In this document: positions 46,427 to 53,537 of the stretch, piece by piece
Layout of the letters: the number at the start of each line of letters is the position of its first letter
How positions within the stretch are numbered: the first letter of the stretch is position 1
Assembly: GCA_964641215.1 (NCBI GenBank)
Contig: CAZXKD010000001.1
Span: forward strand, 23,721-77,257
DNA from: an uncultured Gemmatimonadaceae bacterium
GTDB lineage: Bacteria; Gemmatimonadota; Gemmatimonadetes; Gemmatimonadales; GWC2-71-9
Direction: 5' to 3'
Length of the DNA stretch: 53,537 bases
Notes under the pieces: model-generated
The model's input: only the letters and a program-made list of their open reading frames with translations
What the model was told of the DNA's origin: nothing
Database searches by the model: none
Position numbers and translations under genes: made by a program

Positions 46427-46487
46427 TACCGCCCGCGCCGGTTCGGAGTAGGGGAGCGCTTGGGATGCCGGGGCGGCCCGGGTGGGC

Positions 46488-46574
46488 CCGGGAAACGGGA
46501 TGCGGGATGCGGGATGCGTGCGCTCCGGCCTTCGTCGCCCCTACGCTTCCCGCTTCCCGCATCCCGCTTCCCGG
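46488..46574 (-). other. Long imperfect inverted repeat built from four heptamer units per arm (intercistronic hairpin candidate)
   Basis: Arms are 46488-46518 (ccgggaaacgggatgcgggatgcgggatgcg) and 46544-46574 (cgcttcccgcttcccgcatcccgcttcccgg). They are complementary at 28 of 31 positions with a 25-nt loop. The element starts 3 nt after the UbiA-family stop. Confidence 0.85.
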
Positions 46575-46577
46575 CCT

Positions 46578-47474
46578 TCATAAGGCTCGATCCACGAGGG
46601 CGCCGAGGAATACCACGATGCTGACGACGCCGTTGGCGGTGAAGAACGCCGCATCGAGGCGCGACAGGTCGCCCGGCCTCACCAGCCGGTGCTCCCAGGT
46701 GATCAGGGCGGCGCCGAGCGCCACGCCCCCGTAGTAGACGCCGCCCAGCCCCGCGCCGATGCCGAAGCCGACGAGCGCCAGCACCGCCACGCCGTGCAAC
46801 GCTTTGGCGAGCCTGATGCTCCGGGCCTGGCCAAACCGCACCACAGCGGAATACAGCCCCTCGGCCCGGTCGAACGCCTCGTCCTGCAGCGCGTAGAGCA
46901 CGTCGAACCCCCCCACCCAGCAGGTGACGGCGGCAGCGAGCACCCACAGCAGCCACGCCGGCTCGCTCCATCGCCCGGTGACCGCCAAGTAGCCCGCGGG
47001 ACCGGCGATGGCGTCGCCCAGCCCGAGCCACAGATGCGACCACCAGGTGAACCGCTTGGCATAGCTGTACAGGGTGACCACCGCCAGCGCGAGCGGCGAC
47101 AGGGTGAAGCACAGAGGGTTCAGCGCCCACGCCGACCACACCAGCAGCGCGGCGGCCAGCAGCACCGCCGCCCACGCCTGGGGGAGGGTGAGCCGCCCGG
47201 ACGGCAACTCGCGCCCACGGGTGCGCGGATTCCGCGCGTCGAGGGCGCGGTCGGCGATGCGGTTGAAGCCCATCGCCACGAAGCGCGCGGCCGTGAACGC
47301 GAGGACGACCAGGGCGAGGGTCCGCCCGGTCACCGGCGCCCGCCACGACGCGACGACCACGCCGAGCAGCGCGAACGGCAGCGCGAACACGGTGTGCGGG
47401 AGGCGGACAAAGTTTGCGTAGCGGACGAGCAGCGATCCGCCCGACAAGGTTTGGCCCTCGCGTGTGACGCTCAC
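46578..47474 (-). CDS. UbiA-family aromatic prenyltransferase
   Basis: The GTG at 47474 overlaps the UbiD-family stop (GTGA). Motif NRIADRALDARNPRTRGRELPSG (NxxxDxxxD), with about 8 TM segments. The upstream part of ORF 46578..48515 is an out-of-frame shadow of the UbiD gene. Confidence 0.87.
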   Translation of the reverse strand: MSVTREGQTLSGGSLLVRYANFVRLPHTVFALPFALLGVVVASWRAPVTGRTLALVVLAFTAARFVAMGFNRIADRALDARNPRTRGRELPSGRLTLPQAWAAVLLAAALLVWSAWALNPLCFTLSPLALAVVTLYSYAKRFTWWSHLWLGLGDAIAGPAGYLAVTGRWSEPAWLLWVLAAAVTCWVGGFDVLYALQDEAFDRAEGLYSAVVRFGQARSIRLAKALHGVAVLALVGFGIGAGLGGVYYGGVALGAALITWEHRLVRPGDLSRLDAAFFTANGVVSIVVFLGALVDRAL

Positions 47475-48949
47475 AGGTCGATGCCCAGGTCCTTCCACAT
47501 CGCGTCCACCTTGCGCTTCGTCCGCTCGTCCATCACGATCCGGTTCGGCCACTCGCGGGTGAATCCTTCTTCTTTCCATTTGCGCGTCGCGTCGATACCC
47601 ATCTTGGAGCCGTAGGTGAAGCCGCGGCTCGAGTGGTCGAGGACGTCGATCGGCCCCATCGAGAACCGCACGTCGCGCTCGGGGTCGATGTGGTTGAGCG
47701 CCACCCACCAGGCCTCCCGGGGGTCGCGGACGTTGACGTCCTTGTCGAGCACGACGATCACCTTGGCGAGCGACATCAGCCCCTGCCCCCACAAGCCATT
47801 CATCACTTTGTACGCCTGGCCGGGGTACTGCTTGTCGATGCTCACGAACACGAGGTTGTGAAAGATCCCCTCGGCCGGCATGTGCAGATCCACGATCTCG
47901 GGCAACGTGAGCTTCAGCAACGGCAGGAAGATCCGCTCGGTCGCGTGCCCGAGCCAGTAATCCTCCATGGGCGGCCGCCCCACGATCGTGTGCGGCCACA
48001 ACGCCTCCGCGCGGAGCGTGACGGCGGTGACGTGCACCTTGGGGTAGTCGTCGGCGAGCGAGTAGAAGCCGGTGTGGTCCCCGAACGGCCCTTCGCGCAC
48101 CAGCGGCTCGCGGGGGTCGACATGGCCTTCGATCACGATCTCGGCCTCGGCCGGGACCTCCAGGTCGCTGGTCACGGCCTTCGCGAGCCGCACCGGTTCC
48201 CCCCGCAGGAATCCCGCGAACAGGTACTCGTCGATCGTCGGCGGCAACGGCGCCGAAGCCGCGTAAATACTCGCGGGATCGCCGCCCAGCACGATCGCCA
48301 CGGGCATCGTCTCGCCGCGGTCGGCCATCGCACGCCAATGCGCCGCGCCGACTTTGTGGCGCTGCCAGTGCATCGCCAACTCGGCCTTCCCCAACACCTG
48401 GATCCGATACATCCCGACGTTGCGGACGCCGGTCTTCGGATCGCGGGTGATCACTCCCGGCAGCGTGATGTACGGGCCGCCGTCCTCGGGCCAGCAGACG
48501 GGCACCGGGAAGCACGAGAGGTCGATGTCGTTGCCCTGCAGCACGAGCTCCTGGCAGGGCGCGCGACCGCCGATGGTCTTGGGCGGGAACTTCGCCACTT
48601 CAGCGAGCTTGGGGAGCATCGCGAGCTTGCCGAGCAGGCCATCAGGAACTTTCACGTTCAACAGCTCGGCGACCCGCTCACCCACGTCGTCCAGCCGCTC
48701 GACCCCGAGCGCGAGCCCCATGCGACGCTCGGAGCCGAAGAGATTCACGGCGACGGGATAGGGGGATGCCCCGCCGGCGAGCAGCGTCGGTCGCTCGAAC
48801 AACAGCGCCGGCCCGCCACCCGGCGACTTCATACACCGATCGGCGATCTCGGTGATCTCCTTGTTCACCGACGCAGGGACCCGGACGCGAGCCAGCTGAC
48901 CCGCCGCGTCGATCGCGCCCACGAAGGCGCGCAGGTTATCGAGTGCCAT
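47471..48949 (-). CDS. UbiD-family (prenylated-FMN dependent) decarboxylase
   Basis: ATG at 48949 (MALDNLRAFV...). About 490 aa with the typical UbiD layout (...GMYRIQV..., ...GGDP..., ...EGPFGDHTGFY...). Confidence 0.9.
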   Translation of the reverse strand: MALDNLRAFVGAIDAAGQLARVRVPASVNKEITEIADRCMKSPGGGPALLFERPTLLAGGASPYPVAVNLFGSERRMGLALGVERLDDVGERVAELLNVKVPDGLLGKLAMLPKLAEVAKFPPKTIGGRAPCQELVLQGNDIDLSCFPVPVCWPEDGGPYITLPGVITRDPKTGVRNVGMYRIQVLGKAELAMHWQRHKVGAAHWRAMADRGETMPVAIVLGGDPASIYAASAPLPPTIDEYLFAGFLRGEPVRLAKAVTSDLEVPAEAEIVIEGHVDPREPLVREGPFGDHTGFYSLADDYPKVHVTAVTLRAEALWPHTIVGRPPMEDYWLGHATERIFLPLLKLTLPEIVDLHMPAEGIFHNLVFVSIDKQYPGQAYKVMNGLWGQGLMSLAKVIVVLDKDVNVRDPREAWWVALNHIDPERDVRFSMGPIDVLDHSSRGFTYGSKMGIDATRKWKEEGFTREWPNRIVMDERTKRKVDAMWKDLGIDL

Positions 48950-49688
48950 GGTGAACGGTGCAGATCCCGCCGGTGAGCAGGTCGTAGGCGACGTCCCGGA
49001 AGCCACCGCGCGCGAGCCGCGCCGCGAGCGCGCCCGGCTCCGGGAAGGCAAGCACCGACTCTGGCAGGTAGGTGTAGGCGTCCCTATGTTTCGACACCGC
49101 GCGGCCGATCGCCGGCAGCAGGCGCTGGAAGTAGAACAGGTACGCCGCGCGCAGCGGGGGGAATCGCGGCAGGGCGAACTCGAGTACCACGAGGCGCGTG
49201 CCCGGCCTCAGGACGCGGGCCGCTTCGCGGATCCCGGCGTCGAGGTCGGCGAGGTTGCGCATCCCGAAGCCGACCATGGCTCCGTCGAACGACGCGTCGG
49301 GAAACGGCAGCGCCAGGGCGTCGGCGGCGACGGGAACGGCGCGGGCCGCCTTGGCTTTGCCGCGCGCCAGCATGGGGACCACGAAATCGGCGCCGAGGAC
49401 GCAGCCCTGGAAGCCGCGCGCGCGCACGAGCGCGGCCGCGAGATCGAGCGTGCCGGCGCACAGATCGAGATAAACGCCGTGTGGTCTCGCCTCCCAGCCG
49501 AGCCGCGCCACCGCGGCCCGGCGCCAACGCCGGTCCACATTGAGGCTGAGCAGGTGGTTGAGGAAATCGTAGCGCGGCGCGATCGCGGTGAACATGCTGC
49601 GCACATAGGACCGCTTCGCCTCACCACCCGCCGGACCCCGTGAGGGAGAGGGCGGCCGCACCACTTCGGACGCGGGAGACGGCGTCAT
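48936..49688 (-). CDS. ubiE: Demethylmenaquinone/ubiquinone C-methyltransferase (UbiE/MenG family)
   Basis: MFTAIAPRYDFLNHLLSL, SAM motif LDLCAGTLDL, FGMRNLAD. ATG at 49688. Overlaps the UbiD-family start by 14 nt. Confidence 0.9.
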   Translation of the reverse strand: MTPSPASEVVRPPSPSRGPAGGEAKRSYVRSMFTAIAPRYDFLNHLLSLNVDRRWRRAAVARLGWEARPHGVYLDLCAGTLDLAAALVRARGFQGCVLGADFVVPMLARGKAKAARAVPVAADALALPFPDASFDGAMVGFGMRNLADLDAGIREAARVLRPGTRLVVLEFALPRFPPLRAAYLFYFQRLLPAIGRAVSKHRDAYTYLPESVLAFPEPGALAARLARGGFRDVAYDLLTGGICTVHHGTR

Positions 49689-49713
49689 AGGCGCGAAAGA
49701 TAGGCCGGACCAC

Positions 49714-50322
49714 CTGACGGGCGCCAGCGACCAGCAGGTAGTCACGTGGGCCAAGCAGGGCCACGAAGCGGCGTTCCGGGAGCTCGTGCGACGCTACGAG
49801 CGTCCGGTCTTCTCGCTCTTGTATCGCATGGTGCGCGACCGCGCGCTCGCCGAGGACCTGGCGCAGGAGACCTTCATCAAGGTCCTCAACGGCATTAAGT
49901 CCTACAAGCCCGAGTTCAGGTTCTCCTCGTGGATTTTCAAGATCGCGAACAACGCCGCCATCGATCACATCCGGCGCAGGAGCCTCGATACGCTGTCGCT
50001 CGACGGCGCGCCCGATGCCGAAACGCCGGAAGCGATGAAGGCCACCGCGATCCAGCTCGATGCGAAAGGCGAGACGCCGCTGCAGGAGCTCGAGAACCGG
50101 GAGCTCGGCTCCGCGATCGAGCGGGCGATCGGCCGGCTGCGGCCGGAATACCGGGCGTGCATCCTGCTGCGGCATGTGGAGGGATACTCCTACGAGGAGA
50201 TCGCGGACACGCTGGACCTCCCGCTCGGTACCGTGAAGACGTATATCCACCGGGCCCGCAACGAATTGCGGGGCTACCTCGGGGACCGGCGGGCTGAAAC
50301 CGGGGGGCGGCCCGGCCCGTAA
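49714..50322 (+). CDS. ECF-type RNA polymerase sigma factor (start codon uncertain, probably CTG)
   Basis: Region 2 (FRELVRRYERPVFSLLYRMV...DLAQETFIKV) begins upstream of the first GTG (49786). The frame is open from 49609 with no ATG/GTG/TTG, and CTG at 49714 gives a normal ECF N-terminus. The region 4 HTH motif YEEIADTLDLPLGTVKTYIHRA is present. Confidence 0.82.
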   Translation: MTGASDQQVVTWAKQGHEAAFRELVRRYERPVFSLLYRMVRDRALAEDLAQETFIKVLNGIKSYKPEFRFSSWIFKIANNAAIDHIRRRSLDTLSLDGAPDAETPEAMKATAIQLDAKGETPLQELENRELGSAIERAIGRLRPEYRACILLRHVEGYSYEEIADTLDLPLGTVKTYIHRARNELRGYLGDRRAETGGRPGP

Positions 50323-50331
50323 AACGAATTA

Positions 50332-50574
50332 ATGAACGAGATCCCCATGCATCTCACCCCGGACGAGATCGAGCTGTGGGCCCAGGGCCTGCTGAGCGCG
50401 GCGCGCGCCATGCACCTCGCCGAGTGCTCGTTGTGTCGGGCCGAGGCCGAACAGGAGCGGAAGATGCTCCTGGAGCTGGCCCAGCTCCCGCGCTTCACCC
50501 CCTCGGCGAGCTTCGCCGATCAGGTGCTGGCGCGGGTGAAGATCCGCGCCCCGTCGGGTGAATTCGGGGCCTAG
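50332..50574 (+). CDS. Small putative zinc-binding anti-sigma factor (HxxxCxxC), no TM segment
   Basis: 80 aa, starting 9 nt after the sigma gene. The motif HLAECSLCRAE matches the ZAS H-x3-C-x2-C pattern. The gene ends where the convergent gene begins. Confidence 0.55.
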   Translation: MNEIPMHLTPDEIELWAQGLLSAARAMHLAECSLCRAEAEQERKMLLELAQLPRFTPSASFADQVLARVKIRAPSGEFGA

Positions 50575-51317
50575 GCCCGCACCTCCGCGCCGACTCCCAC
50601 TCCCAACAGCCGCGCCGCGCTCCCGCCGCGCACCGCGACCTCCACACTGCCGTCGCTCCCGACGTACGCCAGCAGCTGTCCAGGATCGACATCACCATAG
50701 GTCCGGCGCAACGAGCCCACGTCGGTCCCCGCCACTTTGATCCGCACCCCGGGCGCAACCTGCTCGCCGGGAATGTTCGAGATGAGTGAACCGAACCGAT
50801 CCACGTAGATCACCTCCCCCACCACCGCGAGGCCGTCCGCTCGGGGAGCGGGCAGCGGAGAGCGGTACGGGTCGGTAATGACATGACCCAAGTGCGTCAG
50901 CGCGGTCCCGATCGCGAGTTGGGCAGCTGCCGGAGCGAACACGTCGCGGGCGTGAAAGGTGGGCGCCGCCGTCTCGGGGATCGGCAGCGTCACGAACCGG
51001 GCCGTCGCCGGCAGCGGCGACAACAACCCGTTGTCTGGCGCCACGAAGTAGTGGCCGCCGGCCTCCGCGGCGAGCGCGCGGCGGCTCGTGCCCACCCCGG
51101 GGTCCACCACGACGAAGTGCACCGTCCCCGTCGGGAAGCGGTGCCATACCCGCGACAGGATGTACTGGCCGGCGCGGACATCGCCGGGCGGCATCTGATG
51201 GGTGATGTCGACGAGCGTCGCGCCGTGTGGCTGAGCCAGCAGCGCCGCCTTCACCTCGGCCACGTAGCTGTCGGCGGTCCCGAAATCGGTGAGCAGCGTG
51301 ATGATATCGCCGGGCAT
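50571..51317 (-). CDS. SAM hydroxide adenosyltransferase / DUF62 (chlorinase-fluorinase superfamily) protein
   Basis: ATG at 51317. N-terminus IITLLTDFGTADSYVAEVKAAL. VVDPGVGTSRR, FVAPDNGLL and FHARDVFAPAAA match the SAM-cleaving DUF62 family. Confidence 0.83.
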   Translation of the reverse strand: MPGDIITLLTDFGTADSYVAEVKAALLAQPHGATLVDITHQMPPGDVRAGQYILSRVWHRFPTGTVHFVVVDPGVGTSRRALAAEAGGHYFVAPDNGLLSPLPATARFVTLPIPETAAPTFHARDVFAPAAAQLAIGTALTHLGHVITDPYRSPLPAPRADGLAVVGEVIYVDRFGSLISNIPGEQVAPGVRIKVAGTDVGSLRRTYGDVDPGQLLAYVGSDGSVEVAVRGGSAARLLGVGVGAEVRA

Positions 51318-52657
51318 CAGAGCTTCCGGTGGCGCCATGCGCCGCTCAGCCAGAAGAGGATCATGGCGCCGCCGCGCGCGACCGAGGTGAGCGAGATCGC
51401 CCACCAGATCCCCGCCAGCCCGAAGGCCGCGGACCACCAGGCGGCCAGAGGAATACGGACCGCGGAGAGCGACGAGCTCGCCACCATCGGCCAGAAGGTG
51501 TACCCGGCTCCGCCGAGCGCTCCTTCGAGGATGATCTCGAAGGTCTGCCCCACTTGGGACAGAGCGATGATCCGCAGGTACAGGCTCCCATCGGCGATCA
51601 CGGCCGCGTCCGATGTGAACAGCCCCGCGAGGGTCGCCGGAAACGCGACAAACACGGCGGCCGTCGAGACGGTTGCCACCAGGCAGTACGTGATGGTGAG
51701 CCGCACCGCCTCGCGGGCCCGCTGCTCCTGGCGCGCGCCGAGGTTCTGGCCGACGAGCGCACTCGCCGAGAGAGCGAAGCCTGAAATCGCGATGAAGCCG
51801 ATCCCCTCCACCTTGTGCCCTACCCCCAGGGCCGCCAGCGCGGGCGTCCCGAAGCGCGACGTAAACCGGGTGAGCCACATGTAGATGAGGCTGAAGAGCA
51901 CGCCCGTGAGCGAGAGCGGGGCGCCGACGCGGAAAATTGCCGGCACCGCGCGCCAGTCGGGAGCGCTGAGCCGGATCAGGCCGCGCCGCAGCGCGAGGCT
52001 GATCCCGATCAGAAAGCCGCCCCCCCGCACCATCACCGACGCCAGCGCCGCGCCCTCGACGCCAAGCCGCGGCAACGGGCCCACCCCGAGGATCAGCAGT
52101 GGGTCGAGTCCGATGCTGAGCACGACCGATACCGCGAGCAGCAGGAACGGCGTGCGGGTATCCCCGGAGGCGCGGAACGTGGCTTCGATGGCGAAGAACC
52201 CGAATACCAGAGGGCCGCCGAGCAGCCACGTCGAGAGGTACAGGTGCCCCAGCCGGGCCACCTCGGGCGGCACCGTCATCAGGCGGAAGAGGTCGTCCAT
52301 CACGACGAGGCCGAGGACGCTGACGGCGAGCCCCGCGGCGACCGCGTATAGCACGGCGGCGCCGGCGGCGCGCGCCGCGGCCTCCGGGTCGCGCTCCCCG
52401 TGGCGGCGCGCCGCGAGCGCGATGAGCCCGACTTCCACCATCTCGCCCAGCGACAGCAGGATCCAGACGAAGAATCCCGCCGTGGACACCGCGGCGAGCC
52501 CAGCGGGACCGATCAACCGGCCCACCCACAGGCTGTCGATGACGTTGAACGAGAAGTGACACGCCATCATCGCCACGGCGGGGGTGGCGAGGCGCAGAAT
52601 CACGGGCCGGAGAGGCCCGATGGTGAGCGCGCCCGCGGGCCGGGCGGCGGCGGTCAC
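51317..52657 (-). CDS. MATE-family efflux transporter
   Basis: The GTG at 52657 overlaps the upstream stop (GTGA). 446 aa with 12 TM-like segments. N-terminal ILRLATPAVAMM and the internal repeat are typical of NorM/DinF-type MATE proteins. Confidence 0.85.
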   Translation of the reverse strand: MTAAARPAGALTIGPLRPVILRLATPAVAMMACHFSFNVIDSLWVGRLIGPAGLAAVSTAGFFVWILLSLGEMVEVGLIALAARRHGERDPEAAARAAGAAVLYAVAAGLAVSVLGLVVMDDLFRLMTVPPEVARLGHLYLSTWLLGGPLVFGFFAIEATFRASGDTRTPFLLLAVSVVLSIGLDPLLILGVGPLPRLGVEGAALASVMVRGGGFLIGISLALRRGLIRLSAPDWRAVPAIFRVGAPLSLTGVLFSLIYMWLTRFTSRFGTPALAALGVGHKVEGIGFIAISGFALSASALVGQNLGARQEQRAREAVRLTITYCLVATVSTAAVFVAFPATLAGLFTSDAAVIADGSLYLRIIALSQVGQTFEIILEGALGGAGYTFWPMVASSSLSAVRIPLAAWWSAAFGLAGIWWAISLTSVARGGAMILFWLSGAWRHRKL

Positions 52658-53445
52658 GGCGCCGGGGCCGGGGGGAGAGGAAGCGGCTCCGGCACTTCGG
52701 TGAGGAAGCGCCGGAAGACGGGGTTGTCGGGGAAGCGTTCGGCGAGCCGCACGACGTAGCCGCGGGCTTCGCGGCGCAGCACGGCGCTGCCGGCGGGATC
52801 GCGATCGGCTTCCCGCACCAGCGCGGCGGCGAGCACCCACGTCGCTTCGACGCTGGCGAGTCCGCCCCCATGGGCCACGCGGCGCATATACCGAATCCCC
52901 GTCTCGGCGTCCCCGCTCCCCAGACCGATCAGCTTGGCGAAGAGGCGCGCGAGCGCGCTGGCACGGGCCAGCCCGTAGTGGTAGACGCCGAGCCCGAGGT
53001 AGCAGTCCACGCAGCTGGAATCGCCCGCCAGCACGCGGCGGTAGGCGTCGCGCATCCCCTTGGCGTCCTTGGCCGCTCCCCAGGAGTGGCCGTGGAGCTC
53101 GCGCTCGCGTGCCCGGTAGCCGAGCGCGGTGGCGAGCCAGAAACCTTGCGCAGCCGGCGCCACCCGCCGCCTCTCCGCTTCTCGAGCCAGCCGGATGGCG
53201 GCGCCGAGCAGGGAGTCGATACGGCCGGCCTCGAAGCCCGCGCTGTCCAGGGCCGAGGCCCACCAAATGTAGGCGGCGGCGTGGAAGATGACCGGCGCCG
53301 GATCAGTGGTATCCCGGCCCGCCAGCTCCGTGAAGTACTGCGCGGCGGTGGCGAAGGCCCCGCTATAGAGGGTGTCGAGCCCCGCGCGGAGGTCGGCCCG
53401 CTCCGGCCCCTGCAAAAGGAAAACGGCTGCGGTGAGCAGCCGCAC
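52654..53445 (-). CDS. Hypothetical helical protein (possibly TPR-like)
   Basis: 263-aa ORF with protein-like composition and a GTG start, translationally coupled to the MATE gene. No motif recognised. Confidence 0.5.
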   Translation of the reverse strand: MRLLTAAVFLLQGPERADLRAGLDTLYSGAFATAAQYFTELAGRDTTDPAPVIFHAAAYIWWASALDSAGFEAGRIDSLLGAAIRLAREAERRRVAPAAQGFWLATALGYRARERELHGHSWGAAKDAKGMRDAYRRVLAGDSSCVDCYLGLGVYHYGLARASALARLFAKLIGLGSGDAETGIRYMRRVAHGGGLASVEATWVLAAALVREADRDPAGSAVLRREARGYVVRLAERFPDNPVFRRFLTEVPEPLPLPPAPAP

Positions 53446-53446
53446 G

Positions 53447-53537
53447 TCAGCGCGCGACGGTGTTGAGGGGCACGGCGCGACCGAGCGTGGCCGCGACGGC
53501 GCCCGCGAGGTCGCGGAGCGCCACTCCCGCCGGAGAG
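53447..53537 (-). CDS. 3' end of an unidentified CDS running off the window
   Basis: The frame reads ...AGVALRDLAGAVAATLGRAVPLNTVAR followed by TGA at 53449-53447, 1 nt before the next GTG. It is too short to name. Confidence 0.3.
   Translation of the reverse strand, partial: SPAGVALRDLAGAVAATLGRAVPLNTVAR

Noticed and set aside
46426-47346. 306-aa minus-strand ORF (and 45663..46562) reading through the heptamer inverted repeat.
   Set aside because: They are alternative frames of the UbiA- and UbiX-family genes. The peptide across the repeat (GKRDAGSGKRRGDEG...) is repeat-derived, so the spacer is treated as non-coding.
49585-49625. ECF-type promoter (GAAC ... CGTC) upstream of the sigma gene, e.g. 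tGAAC at ~49590.
   Set aside because: The downstream element at the right spacing reads CCGCTT, not CGTC-like. The match is too weak to report as a feature.
50571-53266. Very long versions of ORFs 50571..52871 (766 aa) and 51317..53266 (649 aa).
   Set aside because: Only the C-terminal 248 and 446 codons carry DUF62 and MATE features. The upstream parts are Arg/Pro-rich shadows of the neighbouring genes, and internal starts coincide with stop/start overlaps.

Overview
This is a densely coding, visibly very GC-rich bacterial chromosomal segment with about 50 protein genes and one tRNA-Leu. I recognised no rRNA, CRISPR array, transposase, integrase or phage genes. Most of it is core metabolism and proteostasis: tig-clpP-clpX-engB, trpE, maf-dtd-glmS-glmM, a Cys/Met PLP enzyme, M48 peptidase-purD-mutM, an M16 peptidase pair, and a quinone cluster (UbiE/MenG, UbiD, UbiA and UbiX families). 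Interleaved are envelope and signalling genes. These include a CusR/CusS-like two-component system with a beta-propeller protein, a tripartite RND efflux operon and a PepSY-like protein. There is also a hybrid GAF-PAS histidine kinase, an FHA-GAF-class III cyclase, a REC-HD-GYP protein, an ECF sigma with a miniature zinc-type anti-sigma, and a Tat-signal oxidoreductase/TIM-barrel pair. The lineage looks Gram-negative and GC-rich; Gemmatimonadota-like is only my guess. I see no clear-cut defence island or mobile element. The best candidates for something undescribed are four. (i) A GspE/PilB-type secretion ATPase carries a complete C-terminal receiver domain, sits directly behind an Omp85-like outer-membrane protein, and has no pilus or T2SS partners in the window. 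(ii) Three genes (engB, the ECF sigma, a lipoprotein) have conserved or functional N-termini lying upstream of any ATG/GTG/TTG, which implies CTG or ATA/ATC initiation. (iii) Heptamer G-tract repeats occur twice: a 31-position inverted repeat between the UbiA- and UbiX-family genes, and a (GGGGAAW)4 tract inside glmM. (iv) A 20-nt palindromic motif and a 12-nt tandem repeat bracket the PepSY-like gene beside the RND operon. All product calls come from motif recognition in the supplied translations, and no database search was possible. Trimmed start coordinates were derived arithmetically from the ORF track and checked against the printed sequence.
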